From Lingula anatina (Eukaryota > Animalia > Brachiopoda), in assembly GCA_051362555.1 (NCBI GenBank), contig CM120646.1, forward strand, positions 4,402,001 to 4,466,000: a DNA stretch of 64,000 nucleotides, written 5' to 3'. Position numbers and translations under genes: made by a program. Position 1 is the first letter of the stretch; the number at the start of each line of letters is the position of its first letter. Below the pieces are notes generated by a model. That model did no database searches. It saw nothing but the letters and a program-made list of their open reading frames with translations, and was not told the origin of the DNA. Shown here in pieces: positions 26,271 through 52,621 of the stretch.

Positions 26271-27377
26271 AGAGAGAGAGAGAGGGGGGGGGGAGGGTCA
26301 ATTTTGCAGTAAACTAAATACCTTGCATGGCTTCATTAATTTAAGTTTGACGAATACAGGGGCGGATTTAGGCCGTCTTCTGGGTCTTCCAGAAGACGGT
26401 CAGATTTTCAAGTTTACACTGACGGGTATCTAATTTTTGCTGTCGAAAGACGGTCAAAAAATGGAGGATGGATCAGCAAAGATAATTTGGAAGACTGTCA
26501 GAAAATATCTCTGGATCTGCCACTGGAATAAGCATGTATCGTACATAGAAGGAGAGAGAACACGCTCGGAGAGAACAAACCGACAGGACAGACACTGTGG
26601 AATTATCCTTGTCCGACGATATGTTTTAAAAAACTAATCTCCTTAATTAAATCTCAGTTAATTAACAACAAATGGACATTGACTGACTCATGGCTCAGAC
26701 CCACTGACCATACCAACAGAATGCTGTGATTTACATTAGGGAGATTTGGGTGACTAATATGTCACAACCAATGGACCTCACACACGCCCATTCAACTGAA
26801 CCTGCAAGACCAATACACAACTTCCACACTCAACGCACCTGTCTCCAAATGCTTTCTTCCACCAGTCTGCTGCGTCTCCTTTAGTGATCCTGTACGTGTC
26901 CCCCGTGAAAACTCCGTGAGGGAACAGAGCTTTCAGCTCTGCCAGCATGTGGGAGAAAACTAGCGACAACTTGGTCAAGTTTCGTCGGTAGTGAGAGTTC
27001 TCGTCGAATATCTTTTCTTTACCGTCCTTAAATAAATTCAATGTCTGTTTGCACTTCTTCATAAGATTGTCAATGTAGAGTTTGAAGTATTCGCAATCGT
27101 TAAGCTGCTCCATCCGATTCTCATACTTGGAATAGATCAGCTTCAAATGTTGATACGTATCAGGAAGAATGTCTAGGATGAACGGAGGGCTGTTCTTCAG
27201 ATTCATTTTCGGGTGCTGACATTGTTTTACTACCTTGTCCATAAGCTTCCAGACTTTCTCGATTACTTTCTTATCCACGTATAACTTCGTCGGGCCGACA
27301 GCGTCCATGATCGTCCCCTGGAGACGCTGAATCCAGCCCCCGAAATTCTTGGTAACTGGTCCTCTTCCAGTCGCCAT
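8534..27377 (-). CDS. CBL: E3 ubiquitin-protein ligase Cbl (TKB-RING-proline-rich-UBA long form), about 718 aa
   Basis: Exons 27377-26839, 20021-19875, 19428-19297, 18818-18681, 18395-18176, 17764-17588, 13620-13558, 13314-13202, 13008-12857, 12279(or 12291)-12106, 11645-11561, 8750-8534, phases consistent. Motifs [95 protein letters not shown] and UBA-like [16 protein letters not shown]. Confidence 0.97.
9481..9713. mobile_element. Non-autonomous Helentron-type (HINE/DINE-like) element
   Basis: Subterminal inverted motif cctctgccaagg (9506) / cctaggcagag (9693), internal microsatellite, core aaatttcagcaaaatcggtccataactttttgagttat, GACA-type repeats and A-rich flanks. Confidence 0.65.
10280..11230. 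mobile_element. Helentron-associated element carrying ~160-bp internal tandem repeats
   Basis: About 2.5 near-identical 159-160-bp units (ttttcgaacttga at 10723, 10883, 11042), then a (GACGGC)n microsatellite, a perfect 14-bp terminal hairpin at 11197-11226 and an A-run. The 5' boundary is approximate. Confidence 0.75.
12343..12412. repeat. 70-bp duplicate of the Cbl exon 10 acceptor junction
   Basis: Matches 12236-12305 with two substitutions. Confidence 0.95.
14241..14854. mobile_element. 614-bp non-autonomous DNA transposon with 77-bp perfect TIRs and 8-bp TSD
   Basis: TIRs 14241-14317 and 14778-14854; TSD GTTACAAC at 14233-14240 and 14855-14862. Confidence 0.95.
16509..16514 (-). CDS. 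CBL: Candidate 6-nt in-frame microexon (ATGAAG, Met-Lys) of Cbl
   Basis: Minus strand reads ttctaaccttatcttggtcttcttttttgcttacag|ATGAAG|gtaaaa: branch point, pyrimidine tract, TGC, acceptor and donor, inside a phase-0 intron. Confidence 0.6.
20395..20478. repeat. Compound (CT)n(CA)n microsatellite
   Basis: Direct reading. Other simple repeats: (ATT/ATC)n 1-66, (AAAT)n 18101-18143 and 19492-19560, (CA)n 21836-21903 and 35797-35840, (GA)n 26232-26284, poly-T 28326-28371, (ATT)n 32245-32284 and 37045-37083, (CTTT)n 33978-34033, (CT)n 51347-51384, (GT)n 52580-52620 and 53495-53563. Confidence 0.95.
22201..22415. mobile_element. Tourist-like (PIF/Harbinger) MITE, copy 1
   Basis: 215 bp, imperfect TIRs containing ccagag..tagatcgatcta, TAA TSD; near-identical copies at 22784 and 40165. 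Confidence 0.9.
22784..22998. mobile_element. Tourist-like (PIF/Harbinger) MITE, copy 2
   Basis: Same family as copy 1, TAA TSD, unrelated flanks. Confidence 0.9.
25762..25775. promoter_or_regulatory. Candidate RFX X-box
   Basis: GTTGCC-TT-GGCAAC palindrome in Cbl intron 1. Confidence 0.35.
26357..26525. mobile_element. MITE with CAG termini and 5-bp TSD
   Basis: gaata-caggggcggatttag ... ctggatctgccactg-gaata. Confidence 0.75.
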
Positions 27378-27686
27378 TTTTACACTGACTGCTTCCTTGT
27401 TGCTTTTACCCCGTACCTCACTTTTTAGAGGAAGTGATAAAATCCCCTCACTGAAATACCTGTACAATGACGGATATTAAGTACCGCGGTAATTTCGCTG
27501 CTGTCTGTTTCTTCTGTAAAACTAGAAGTATGATGCAATGTAACACCTTTATATACCTACCCCAACTGCTAACTCGACAAATACTTTACAAAATTATCAC
27601 TTTTTATCCACATATAATCTAGGTCGCTCCCATTTCCTTTACGACAGCTTAACAAGTACCCAATTCCGTCATACACGTCAACAAAT
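27378..27686. promoter_or_regulatory. Putative shared bidirectional promoter/5' UTR region of Cbl and TBC1D23
   Basis: Only 309 bp between divergent start codons; CpG dinucleotides more frequent than in flanking introns. Confidence 0.65.
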
Positions 27687-41798
<14,112 letters not shown>

Positions 41799-43634
41799 AA
41801 GGGGGGTGGCTTAATAAATCTATGTGTCTTGGAGCGTATAGATAGGGATGTAGCTTATCTTGTCACATGTCAGAACACATTATCTTAACATGGGGCGGAT
41901 TAAAATTCATGACTGCTTAAAGAATGGTTATGTTAACCACTTTTGGGAGATACATAATTTAAGATTGCTGTCCACTTAGGAGGAGTTGCTTTGTTATTGT
42001 CCTAAAATGCTTGTATCCATAAATGTGTTACAATTTATGAAAAGGAAATACAAATGAGTTAAACTTTTTTAGTCAGATATGGGTAGAAAAGGAGTAGATG
42101 GAAATTGTGTACCACTGAGGCTGAATGGTAGCTACTATGCCAAGGTTTCACTGTATAATCTTGTGAGAAAAAAAAAAGCAAGGGTTTTATCCAAATTTGC
42201 AGATCCAACAAGGTGTCCTATATGGATTTTGAGACATCAGATTTCAACTGACACGGGCTTATGTTATGATCTTTTATTAATCGTGACTGGACAGTTCTTG
42301 TAGTGTTGTTTTGTCAAAAAGAAGACTTAAACCTAAACCTGACCAGGTTTAAGCTTGGCTTACCATAGAACAGACCTCCACAGATCTATGACATTTTATG
42401 ATCTTCACATTTTACTTTCTACAAAAGATGGAACACATTCATTTTGGCGTGACATATTTCTTCATGTAATGGTGATGTTGAAATACCAGGCTGAGTGCTT
42501 CTGCTAAATACAAAATATAATATACGAAAAAATGACGTTAGACTTGGAATATTTCCACCTGACTGATGAAGGAAATAGAACATTGTGATTATTACCATCT
42601 ATCATACTCAAGTTAACATCAATTTAACACTATATTTGAGCACATTTTAGTTCAAAACAGCACTGCTTAATTCTTAACAGTCATGGTACTTTTTTTGGTT
42701 CATGTGATGTGCAGGGTTATCTTTGATATAATAGTAACAATTATAGACACGTTCCATATCGCTTTCTCATAGTTAACATGTAACTGGAAAACGTGTTCAA
42801 AATTGCATCTTGCAGGTGTGTTATAGTTGTGGTGACATATCAAAGACCTTTTAAGTGAAATGTTTCTTGCACAATCATCAATGCTTTACATTATTTGGAA
42901 CTGTGCAATAAATGTCAAAATTATGCTAAAATATTTTAAGAGGTTACACCTCTGTTTAGAGTTGTGTTCTTGTTAACCCTTTTCAAATACAGCAGTTTTT
43001 GTTGGCTTGATTTAGCACATAAAATCATGGTTGAACAAGTGCATGTTAACAATAATTTATTAATTCATTTTGTAACTGGATTTAATATGTTTGTACATAT
43101 ATTATGTGGTAGATACGATGTACATGTGTAAATAAAATGCATTTACATTTTGTCTGCTATGTTCCGTTGTCTTTTCTGTTCATTTCTATACACTAAATAT
43201 TACACATAGCTTCAACTACTGAGTTTAAATTGCTGAAAAATTACTACACATTCATGACATTCATTTTATAATCCGTTTCTTGTAAATTAGATATTTTTGC
43301 TTAAAGTCCGGTACATTCTCTAAAACCATCACCAGTTTCATCTTTATAATTTTCATACATATAATGCTGCCCAAGTGCATGCTATCCAAAAGCTCCTTTG
43401 CAAGGCACACACAATCTCTTTCTGTTTCAATAGCTTTTGTTGAAGAAAGACGTATCAAGCCTTCACATTAAACCAGTATTTCAATATCTGATGCTGAGCA
43501 CATTGAAAATGAAACAGAGGAATCTCCAGTGAAGTGCTGATGACCCCCCTGTCAAGTCTCATCTTGGGGCATGCTTCACCACCATCGCCATCTATTTTCC
43601 TGAACATGAGACATTACCCAGGGTTTCACTGTGC

Positions 43635-46600
43635 TCACACCATAGCCTCTCCTTCTAGTTTCTTCCTCCTGTATTCTGCAACTTTCTTCTTCCATCTCTC
43701 CATCTTCTCTTCAGCACTTACACAAAGCTGAAAAATGTTGATAAAAAAAAAATTCACAAGCTGAAGATGAATTTCTCATACCTACATTGTATCAATCTGA
43801 GACCGAGCAATTGCAAAGAATAAGTACAAATATCTCAAAATCAACATTCAGCTGTCATTTTCAAATGCCAAAAATTGTCTAACATTATTCGGTTAAAAAC
43901 ATAATGTTACCTGAAGTAACTAACAAATTTCTAATATTATATTTGCAGTTACTGATGAGTTGCTGAATACAGACATTATACAGTATAACAGTTGTTTAGA
44001 AATAATTGCAAGGCAACTCAAATTAATTGTTGCAGAAAATCTCAAAGTGCCTTTTCTGAAATGAGAGCAACTTACACTAGGATGTAAAAGAGAACCAGTG
44101 GCTCTGTACACTATCTTGCCAGAAGTCTCTGTGTTAGGTTCTTTCTTCACCGTTGTAAAGCTGGAGTAACTGCGCCCAAATATAGCACTCTCATGGGCTC
44201 CTTGTTTCTGCTGCACTGTGGTCTAGAAATACACAAGTGTTTACTTGTTACAGTAAAATTGCTTACTGGTCAGAGTAAAATGAAAACATCCATCCATCTT
44301 CAAAGCAATTCTTAAAGAATGAATGAAATGCATTCAGTAATTCTATACATCAAGGGTTTCACCACCTCCAGTTCAGAGATCCTATCATATTTAAATACAA
44401 TACATAAATTCTTATTATATGATTTAAATCATTTGACATTAATGTTACAATTATTGCATCCAACAATGTTCTGAAGCAGAATAAACACTTACATCTTTAG
44501 ATGACCCTGATGTGAAAGTTTGTGGAACAAAACCTTGCTCCTCAATCTCCTCTATGGCTTTCTGGCGTTCCAGCTGGTCTGTAAGCTCCATGGCACGAGT
44601 CCTGCCTTCTATCAAACCCTGGGCCTTCAGCTTGTTGTCTGCATCAGCTGAAATGGTCACAGTTAAACTTGAATAAAGTCTTTACATTACACCTTCATAG
44701 CTATCCCTCCACACCCTAGTTAGCTACAAAACATCTCAGCATTTTTCACAACTAAATAATTAAATAACCAAAACATAATTGTTAATCAGCCGGAAGTTTC
44801 ACAAGAAAATTTTATTTGATTGTAATTATTATATAAGCATATTTTGCTAATATCTTAAATACAGCTGTCTGTCAAGATTAAAAAAAACTTGCCTGCTGCC
44901 TTCAGTGCCATCTGTAGGCGAATCTTGTTTTGTTCTGCAGGGTCCTGTAACCAATATAAAAACAATAAATATTATGTACAAGTTAATGTTCATTCTGATT
45001 CAATGTTATCTTTGTGTTATCATAATGCAATGTATGTGGACTGAAAGTCAGAAGTCAGGACTTGCTTACTTTTGTGCCTTCAAGCTATTAGCGAAACAGT
45101 GACAAAGCCCTGCTTACTAGGCATTACCAATAACCCACAACAACCACACAAAATGTTAACACATTTTAATAAAAGTTATAAATTTTAAAAATTTAGAAGC
45201 TGTGTCAATATAGATCTGCATATGAAATAAGGGTAGGATATGGGGGAAACTGAAGTGTGAAGAGAAAATAAATTTTGCTTCGGAAGTTCCTTGGGCTTGT
45301 TCAATCTAGAAGCTGATTCAGAAGCTGACCTCTCCCCACCCAAACCCCAGCCCAACCACACCCCCAATCCACCCCTTCCAGACCTCCCCACAATTCCCCA
45401 CCATGTACTCAGAGTGATCTGCACAGTCTACATACCAGGTCCTGGAATCCTGGGATATCACTACAAGGATCACTGAAACAATAAGAATAAATACTCACTG
45501 ATATGCACAGAAAAAATTGTTATATTCTGAAAGGGTATGCAATAGAATAATTTGTCTAAGGATTTAATTTTTTGAAGATATAATAGATATAAAAGGACAA
45601 GTAGTCAAAAATCTACTAAGTCAAATCAATTTTAGTGATATGCTTGCGAACTCACTGTACCTTGTTGGCACTTTAATTTCCTTCGTAGATTCCCTGCTTC
45701 TTGATCTTTGATATCTGTCTCGTGACCTAGATCTTGATCTTCTTGATCTTTCTCTGGATCTACTTGACCTACAAAGACAGCATTGGCATGTGGTTTAAGT
45801 TTAGGATTATTTTATTTACATTTTCTGAAATTAATATTTTCTATGTTTTTTCGAAAATAGAATGACACTATATATGATCTCATTCACAATAATTACACGC
45901 TTTTTGCAATACTCTTACAGAGAGATATTGTGGATCAAATATGTATTTGCCTTGACTTTCAATTCATGACACAATCAAGAACACAAAAACACTATTTGTC
46001 CTAGTTTTGTGCTTTTGAAAAAAATATAAGAAAATATCTTACCTTCTTGATCTTCTTTCTCTGCTTCTTGACCTTGACCTCCTATCTCTACTTCTTGACC
46101 CTGACCTCCTTTCTCTACTTCTTGACCTTGACCTTCTCCTGCGATCTAAACTTCTTGACCTAGACCTTTTTCTATATTCTAGACTCCTTGACCTAGATCT
46201 TCTTCTCCGTTCTGTGCTTCTTGACCTTGACCTCCTTCTTGAGTCTTTACTTCTGGAGAAATAGAAAAATAAAATCAAATTCACTACTTCAAATTAAATT
46301 CACCAGTGGCTCTTACACCAAGTAACATTATAAATACCTTCATGATACCTAAGTGGTTGTTTAATTTGTTACCAGTCTTTGTTGTAACCTTGGTTGGACA
46401 TCTTAAAACTGATGCATATCATAATTTAGGTTAGGGAACTAACCTTAACATAATGTGCTACAGAGTGTAAATAATTAAAGATGGATACTGGAGATTCAGT
46501 CATTTCACAGTCTTAGATCAGTCTTAAATCTAAATTGTCAAACAGCTTCTCATCAAAAACTTTTCTTTTGATATTGTAGGATGATGAAATAAGTTGACAA

Positions 46601-47040
46601 AACAAAAGAAGTAAAACCTTTTAGCTGTTACATAAAAAAGAAAATATAACCAACTATTTAATTATGCTCATATCTAGATTTCTAGGGAACTACCTTTCTG
46701 TTGACCTACTCCTTGAACGAGATCTCTTCTTACTCTTGGACTTCTTGGATTTCTTGTGTTTTGACTTCTTGGAATATGAACTCTGACTGTCAGGAGAATA
46801 GGATCTAAAAAGATAAAGTTGAGTTTAAGTTTTCAAAGTAACCAACCCTGCACTGTTGCTCAACTTGTTATAGTCATTTTATTTTAAAACCAAAGGCAGC
46901 ATGTTTATACTAATGGTGCTTCATCTTTTTATGCAAGTAAAATATTATACAAAAAAATACATAATACAATTTAAATCTAAAAACAGCTAAACATATGAAA
47001 TATCCAATTTTCACAATGTAACTGAAGTTACCAAAAACTA

Positions 47041-47076
<36 letters not shown>

Positions 47077-47339
47077 ACTGCTGTATCATAACTTCTGTCT
47101 GATGTGTACATAGCTCTGTAGTTACACGGCTCTAGATTTTGTGGAATATATACTATAATAATTTGCAACTATGCAAAATCTCATTCATAGTCAGTAAGTG
47201 CTAAAAACAGTGTGACTTTCTTGGTAAATAAAGGCCCTGAGATTTACATGTACATAACTGAACCATACCTAGATCTACGTTTCTTTTTCTGCTTTGAACG
47301 ACGATCGTCTTCACTATCAGAGTCTGAATGTCTGCCCAT
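43635..47339 (-). CDS. RSRC1: Serine/arginine-related protein 53 (RSRC1-like SR splicing factor), about 327 aa
   Basis: Exons 47339-47269, 46804-46694, 46252-46043, 45768-45661, 45472-45436, 44944-44893 (GC donor), 44647-44493, 44222-44076, 43727-43635. MGRHSDSDSED start, long RS tract, then LDPAEQNKIRLQMALKAA, IEEIEEQGFVPQTF and LLHPSL..AEEKMERW, as remembered for RSRC1. Confidence 0.88.
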
Positions 47340-48489
47340 CACTGTGATATTCCTAAAATACATGAAAAAAAGCATTTCTTCACAACCAGAAAGCTACTTT
47401 CAATCAATATAAAGCAACTGATGTACATAATTCTTATGGAAATATGAAGAGGTCCAGGGTTGATTGAAGTGCCCAGATATTTTAATTCTTTCTTGCATAA
47501 ATCTTGCTTTTAACTATGCAGTAACAACTAGTATATTTAACACAGTAATGCATTCTTAAAACCAAGCTTAATAGTATGTAGTCACAGCAAGACAATACTG
47601 CAAATTGTGTCACGGGTGCCTGCGACTAAAACAGAAAAAAAAGCCGCATATTCCATGATACTCTCAGTATATTGCACATAAATCTTGTGCACAAGTAGCA
47701 GACAAGTGGAGATCACTGACCGGGTAAATTATAACATCGGGTTATCGAGTCATTCATGTGGGTCAGACTACCAAGTAAACCTTCAGCTTAGGCATACGTG
47801 AAAATGACCTTATTGTCTTATTGTTTAGATGAAAATACGCTGATAACCTGTCACTTATCACTCCAAAACAAACCTTTTCAATGGGGACAAATTATGCCGA
47901 ACTCACGTTAGCCCTGCAGTATCAATATGGGTCTCCGTCTCTAAAGAGCGCGCATCTTTATTCAATACGGTACCAACAACAGGTTACAGGAAAATTACAG
48001 CATATCTATTTGCAAAGGAAGAAAAAAAAATTATTTTGCATAATTATCTGGACTCAAAATGAATTAAATAGTAAATTATGGCTTTTTACCCTGATTAATT
48101 GTTTCTGACCTGGACGAAGAAGAAGCGGACTACAGGCGGTCCATTCTGAGTGACATCAGGGGGAGTGAGTTCATTCCATCTGAGGGGCGAACGGCGGGGC
48201 AAGTCCACTTCATTTGAGTGGTGACTGTGTAGAAATAATTCTTTAAAAGGTATTCTATAAAATGCTCAAACTCAATTATTTACAAAATACTGGGCATATT
48301 AAAAACTTTTAAACCTGTTACTGTAGAAATCATCAATCCCAAACACAATACTTACAGTTCAGTTTTAGCAGATTAAATTTGAAAGTGACCTGACAGTTAT
48401 CAAGTCTTTATAATTTTACCTCTTTTCCTTTATTATATTTACTATCTTTATGGTCATTATTTCATATCAAAATGAAAAAAAAAAAACAC

Positions 48490-49459
48490 GGAATTACAAA
48501 CGTATTTATTCAGTTTTAATATAAAAGATGCACGAATGTGCGTAGGGTTCCAGAACGTGAAAGTCTTGGTTGCTAGCAGGCGCGTGACGTGCAGTACTCA
48601 GTATCTCAGTGGACCTCTGAAATGAAAAAGTAATGTTAATAATATCTGACTAAACGGGCAGGTTTGGAAAATACGGCTAAATTAGTAATGCATTTTACAT
48701 CAAAGAGAAGAGGGCACTTGAAATGATGTGGGTGTTTACTGACTTGAAAACACTTTTACAGGTACATGCATAATAATATTAACAAATCTAAAAAAACTAA
48801 TTTAAAATTGATAAAAAGAAATGAAACCTCAAAGAGACAAAAGTAACCATTAGATTATTCAAATCAAACTTTGACCATAAAACTGATGTACATGTTGATG
48901 GGGCACACTTGTCTTTGGATCAAAGCCTCACAACTGTGACAAGTACGGTATTATCATCTAAATTAGCCGTGATCTTTGAGGTAATATTCCCGTTTACTAA
49001 TATGCTGGCTAAAACTCTGAGTGACATAAAAGAAAGACAGGCAAAATATAACAAAGAATAGTAACATAAATACTTGTCGTAAATTTCTTGCATTCTTTCA
49101 CGCTTTTTCTGTCTACTGGCAGAGGTAACTGAAGAAAAAGTGATACTTACAAAACATGGATTTGCTTCTACACCTCATAAAAGCTCGACCTTGCGACTGC
49201 ACCACACATGTTGTTGCTTCTTCACTCAACTGTGTCCTACTGTAAAGTGAGCGTTTGGGAAGACAGCTCCCACTACGATGAGCAACTTATTGTTATGCAA
49301 GTTACCGACAGGTATGGCTCATTTTAGGCGAGGGACTGTGGCTGGCAATGTTCACAAACGTTTACGGTCAAATACATGGACATGTAGATTTGACTGAAGT
49401 CCACTTGTTGTTAAAATACACCTATTTATTCCACAAAATACTGCGCATTCGTCTTCCAT
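48490..49459 (-). other. Candidate small spliced transcript (42-aa smORF or lncRNA)
   Basis: Putative exons 49459-49422, 49239-49151 and 48616 to about 48490, with GT-AG ends and AATAAA at 48510-48505. Confidence 0.3.
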
Positions 49460-49998
49460 CCTGCATTTTCATATTTCTTGCATCAGTGATCATTACTCGC
49501 CCCCACTCCACCCTTACATTTACATTAAATTTTGCAACGATTACCCGTAAAGGCGGTTGCCGGAACTAATATCCAGAGGTTGAATTAATCAGAGATAAAT
49601 TTCACCGCGGCGCTTTTCTCGTCTTTTTTATTTCAAATTTGGAATTATATATATATATATATTATTTTGAGCAATTCGCATCGCAAACTGTGTAATCTTT
49701 AAGCGCTTTGTTTTTTTTTTATTCAAACCCACCCTTTTCAAATAACCTTCACTTAAAGAATCTTTCGATGAGAACATACAAGGAAGGAGTTGTCAAAGAT
49801 TGACCAAGACGAGAACAGGTACAGGAAATAAGTACCTCCTCAAAACTGTGCCAACCGCTGAAATAACCTGTATCTTTTACACATTTATTTGAAAAACAAC
49901 CTCTCTCTTAAAGGAAAAAACTCATCCGTGCATTAAGTCCTTATTATAATTTTTATTTTCATCTAAATAATTGTTTAGGTTTTCTATTTTCTCGAAGA

Positions 49999-50573
49999 TG
50001 ACGTCACCTCACAACCCATGGTCGTTTGGGAGAAAATATCATAAAAAGATCACATCGGTCATAACTTTTTGATTATAAGTATTTCGTATTAGTTAATACA
50101 GAACTGTCACTATGCACCCGATCTAGGCAGAAAAAAAAAAAAAAAAACTGATCACCTTTAATAAAACAAGTTGCGCTCTACGTTACAACAAAAGGAAGCT
50201 ATTTGTATGCAAGAAATCACTGATATTCTCCCAATATACACCCAACTTTCTTAGCATTTTGTCTTTCCTACTTTCGGTTAGCTTGAAAAGTGTCTGCTGA
50301 GGAAACTCGCAATACAAGACCATGAAAGATACGGAGTACACCCTTTTTCTGTGTTTTCTATTCTTATTTTCATGATTTCCTTTTAAGAAAATGTGCATAT
50401 TTTATGTGAACATATTTTTGTTTATTACAAGTGAATCCATGTTTTTAACCAACGGTTCTCAGTTTTACAAACTGGTATTCTGGAAACAGACTGTGACGTC
50501 ACAGTATAACTAAGTGGTGACGTATCAAATAGAAACGTAAACATTCAGTTGTAGACTGAAAACCACGACGTCA
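49999..50573. promoter_or_regulatory. Cluster of CRE/ATF sites upstream of the stathmin-like gene
   Basis: TGACGTCA at 49999 and 50494, TGACGTA at 50518, CGACGTCA at 50566; ATG at 50640. Confidence 0.5.
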
Positions 50574-50639
50574 AGACGTGTTTTTTGATCTCTCGACAAA
50601 CTTTTTCTAAATCGGTAGAATACGAATTTAGCGTTCAAA

Positions 50640-51340
50640 ATGCCATTGTGTGAGCCTTTTGGCACAGCGTGGCGGAGAACCAGAGAAAGGTTCAGCCATG
50701 CTGCGCAATTTGTGAGGCAGCGCCTCAGACGGAGAAGAGTCAACCCAGCTCCGCCCTCTCCATCAGCTGTTCCCGCGGCGCCACCACCGAGCCCAGCTCC
50801 TAACGGAAAGGTAACGTAGTCTGAGTGATATTTTCGTTATTTTTGCTTAGATACAGCAAATATAAGCGGGGTTTATTGTCTAAATCATATATGACTATGT
50901 CCTCTTGTTTTGCCATGCTGGCTACGCTAAGAAGGCCCGGTACAAGGATATATAACAGGCACATCCCAACACAATGCATTTATTTCGAAACTATCTGCAG
51001 AGTTACGAATTATGCAAAGCTACTAGGTCAAGATGGCGTCTCCCGCTGAAAGTTTTGCCGGAGCCGCAGTCAATTTATTAACACTAATAACAGTATTTAG
51101 AAATAGTGATTGAAAGAACAAAAGCAATATATACGAATGGGTTGAATTTAAACGCTTGAGTTTATAATTCAGCATTCTAACTGGAGCTGGAAGCCAGGAG
51201 AATGGAAAGCCAATCGGAAACTGAGTAAAGCTCAGCTGGAAACAACTGACAAGCGTGTCCGCTTCGCTGGTCAGGCATGGACCATTCAGAGCAAGGATGC
51301 CAGACCTGTCACCCCAGGTCCTAGGAGGTATAGTGACTTC

Positions 51341-51388
<48 letters not shown>

Positions 51389-52576
51389 CGTAATATATGT
51401 GTGTGTGCGTGAGAGAGCTGGTGAAAATGATTATAACTAGTATACTAGTAATGAAATTAAATTTGAATAGTGATAATTTTAGAATCTTACTAGTTGTTAG
51501 TAAGGTCGGACTAAAGGAAATTTAGTTAACATAAATAGTTTGATACTGAATTTTCATTATCTATAGATTGCATCTTTGAACTTGTAAATTCTGATTCAAA
51601 GTAGTAGTTTTTGGAGGTCTTCTAGTTTGAATAAAATGAAAAAATTCAAGGTCAAGCCTGATTTGCCAATCCATTAATGCATATTTCTAGACTGAGTTTC
51701 CAATGCATTTATTCACATTCTAGACTGAGGCGTCCTGGGACAGCATCTCGCCAGAGGACTGCTGAAGAGCTGCAGGCAGAGAAGGAGAGAAGCCTGAAAA
51801 AGAAGCAGGAGAACATGCGTAAACTGGCCGATGACATCAGAGCCAAAAACAAGAAGGCTTCTGTTGTGAGTATTGTCTTGAATATCTGCAACTTAATATT
51901 TACAATTATTTTCATGAGGCCTAACACAAATTTTTGTTATGCCATAAATCATTGTGTTAATTTAAATAATACAGTATAAAATATAATACAGTATAATTTT
52001 TTTTAAGCCCAGTATTTGACATATTAAAAAAAGAAATAATTTTATACTAGAATTCATCATCAAATACATAAAAAATTGTTTCTTTTTAGGCATTCAAGGA
52101 CCGTGCTGCTTTGCAAGAATCCGAGAAAATCAAGAAGGCCAGCAATACTGTGCAGCAAAAGCAAGTACGCTTTGAAGAGCGCCAGCGTCAGCTCCTTGAA
52201 GACAAGCGCCGTAAGCGCAAAGAGATGGAGGCCAAGCGCGATAAGGTAACTTTGGGTTATATGTGTCTCATGTCATTAAAATAAGCATTCAGGCATAATG
52301 ACTTTACAGTGTAAAGGTTTCTAAGATGTATATTAAAAAATATGAAAATTTGACAAAATTGGATTCTAGTCACTAATGATATATATGGCTGGCAGATGTT
52401 ATTTGGCGGATCCCAAATCTTGGAGCCCTTGTTCACATGCAGCTTAATTTTCTAGGCTGAGTTAAATGTGACCATTGTTGCTTTGTATGGTTGGGATATA
52501 TCAGCTATAACTAGGTTGAATATTCAAAGATGGTTACCATATTGATGTTCAAGCATTGGGCAGCTTCCAATGCTTG

Positions 52577-52621
<45 letters not shown>

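Noticed and set aside
26778-27467. 229-aa ORF as a stand-alone gene
   Set aside because: It is Cbl coding exon 1 with read-through past the donor at 26838.
45651-45660. Alternative GTGAG donor 5 nt downstream for RSRC1 exon 4
   Set aside because: Gives phase 1, incompatible with the next exon; the donor at 45660 keeps the frame.
50698-50715. ATG in good context at 50698 as start of the orphan gene
   Set aside because: Stops after five codons; the ATG at 50640 is in frame with the donor at 50810.
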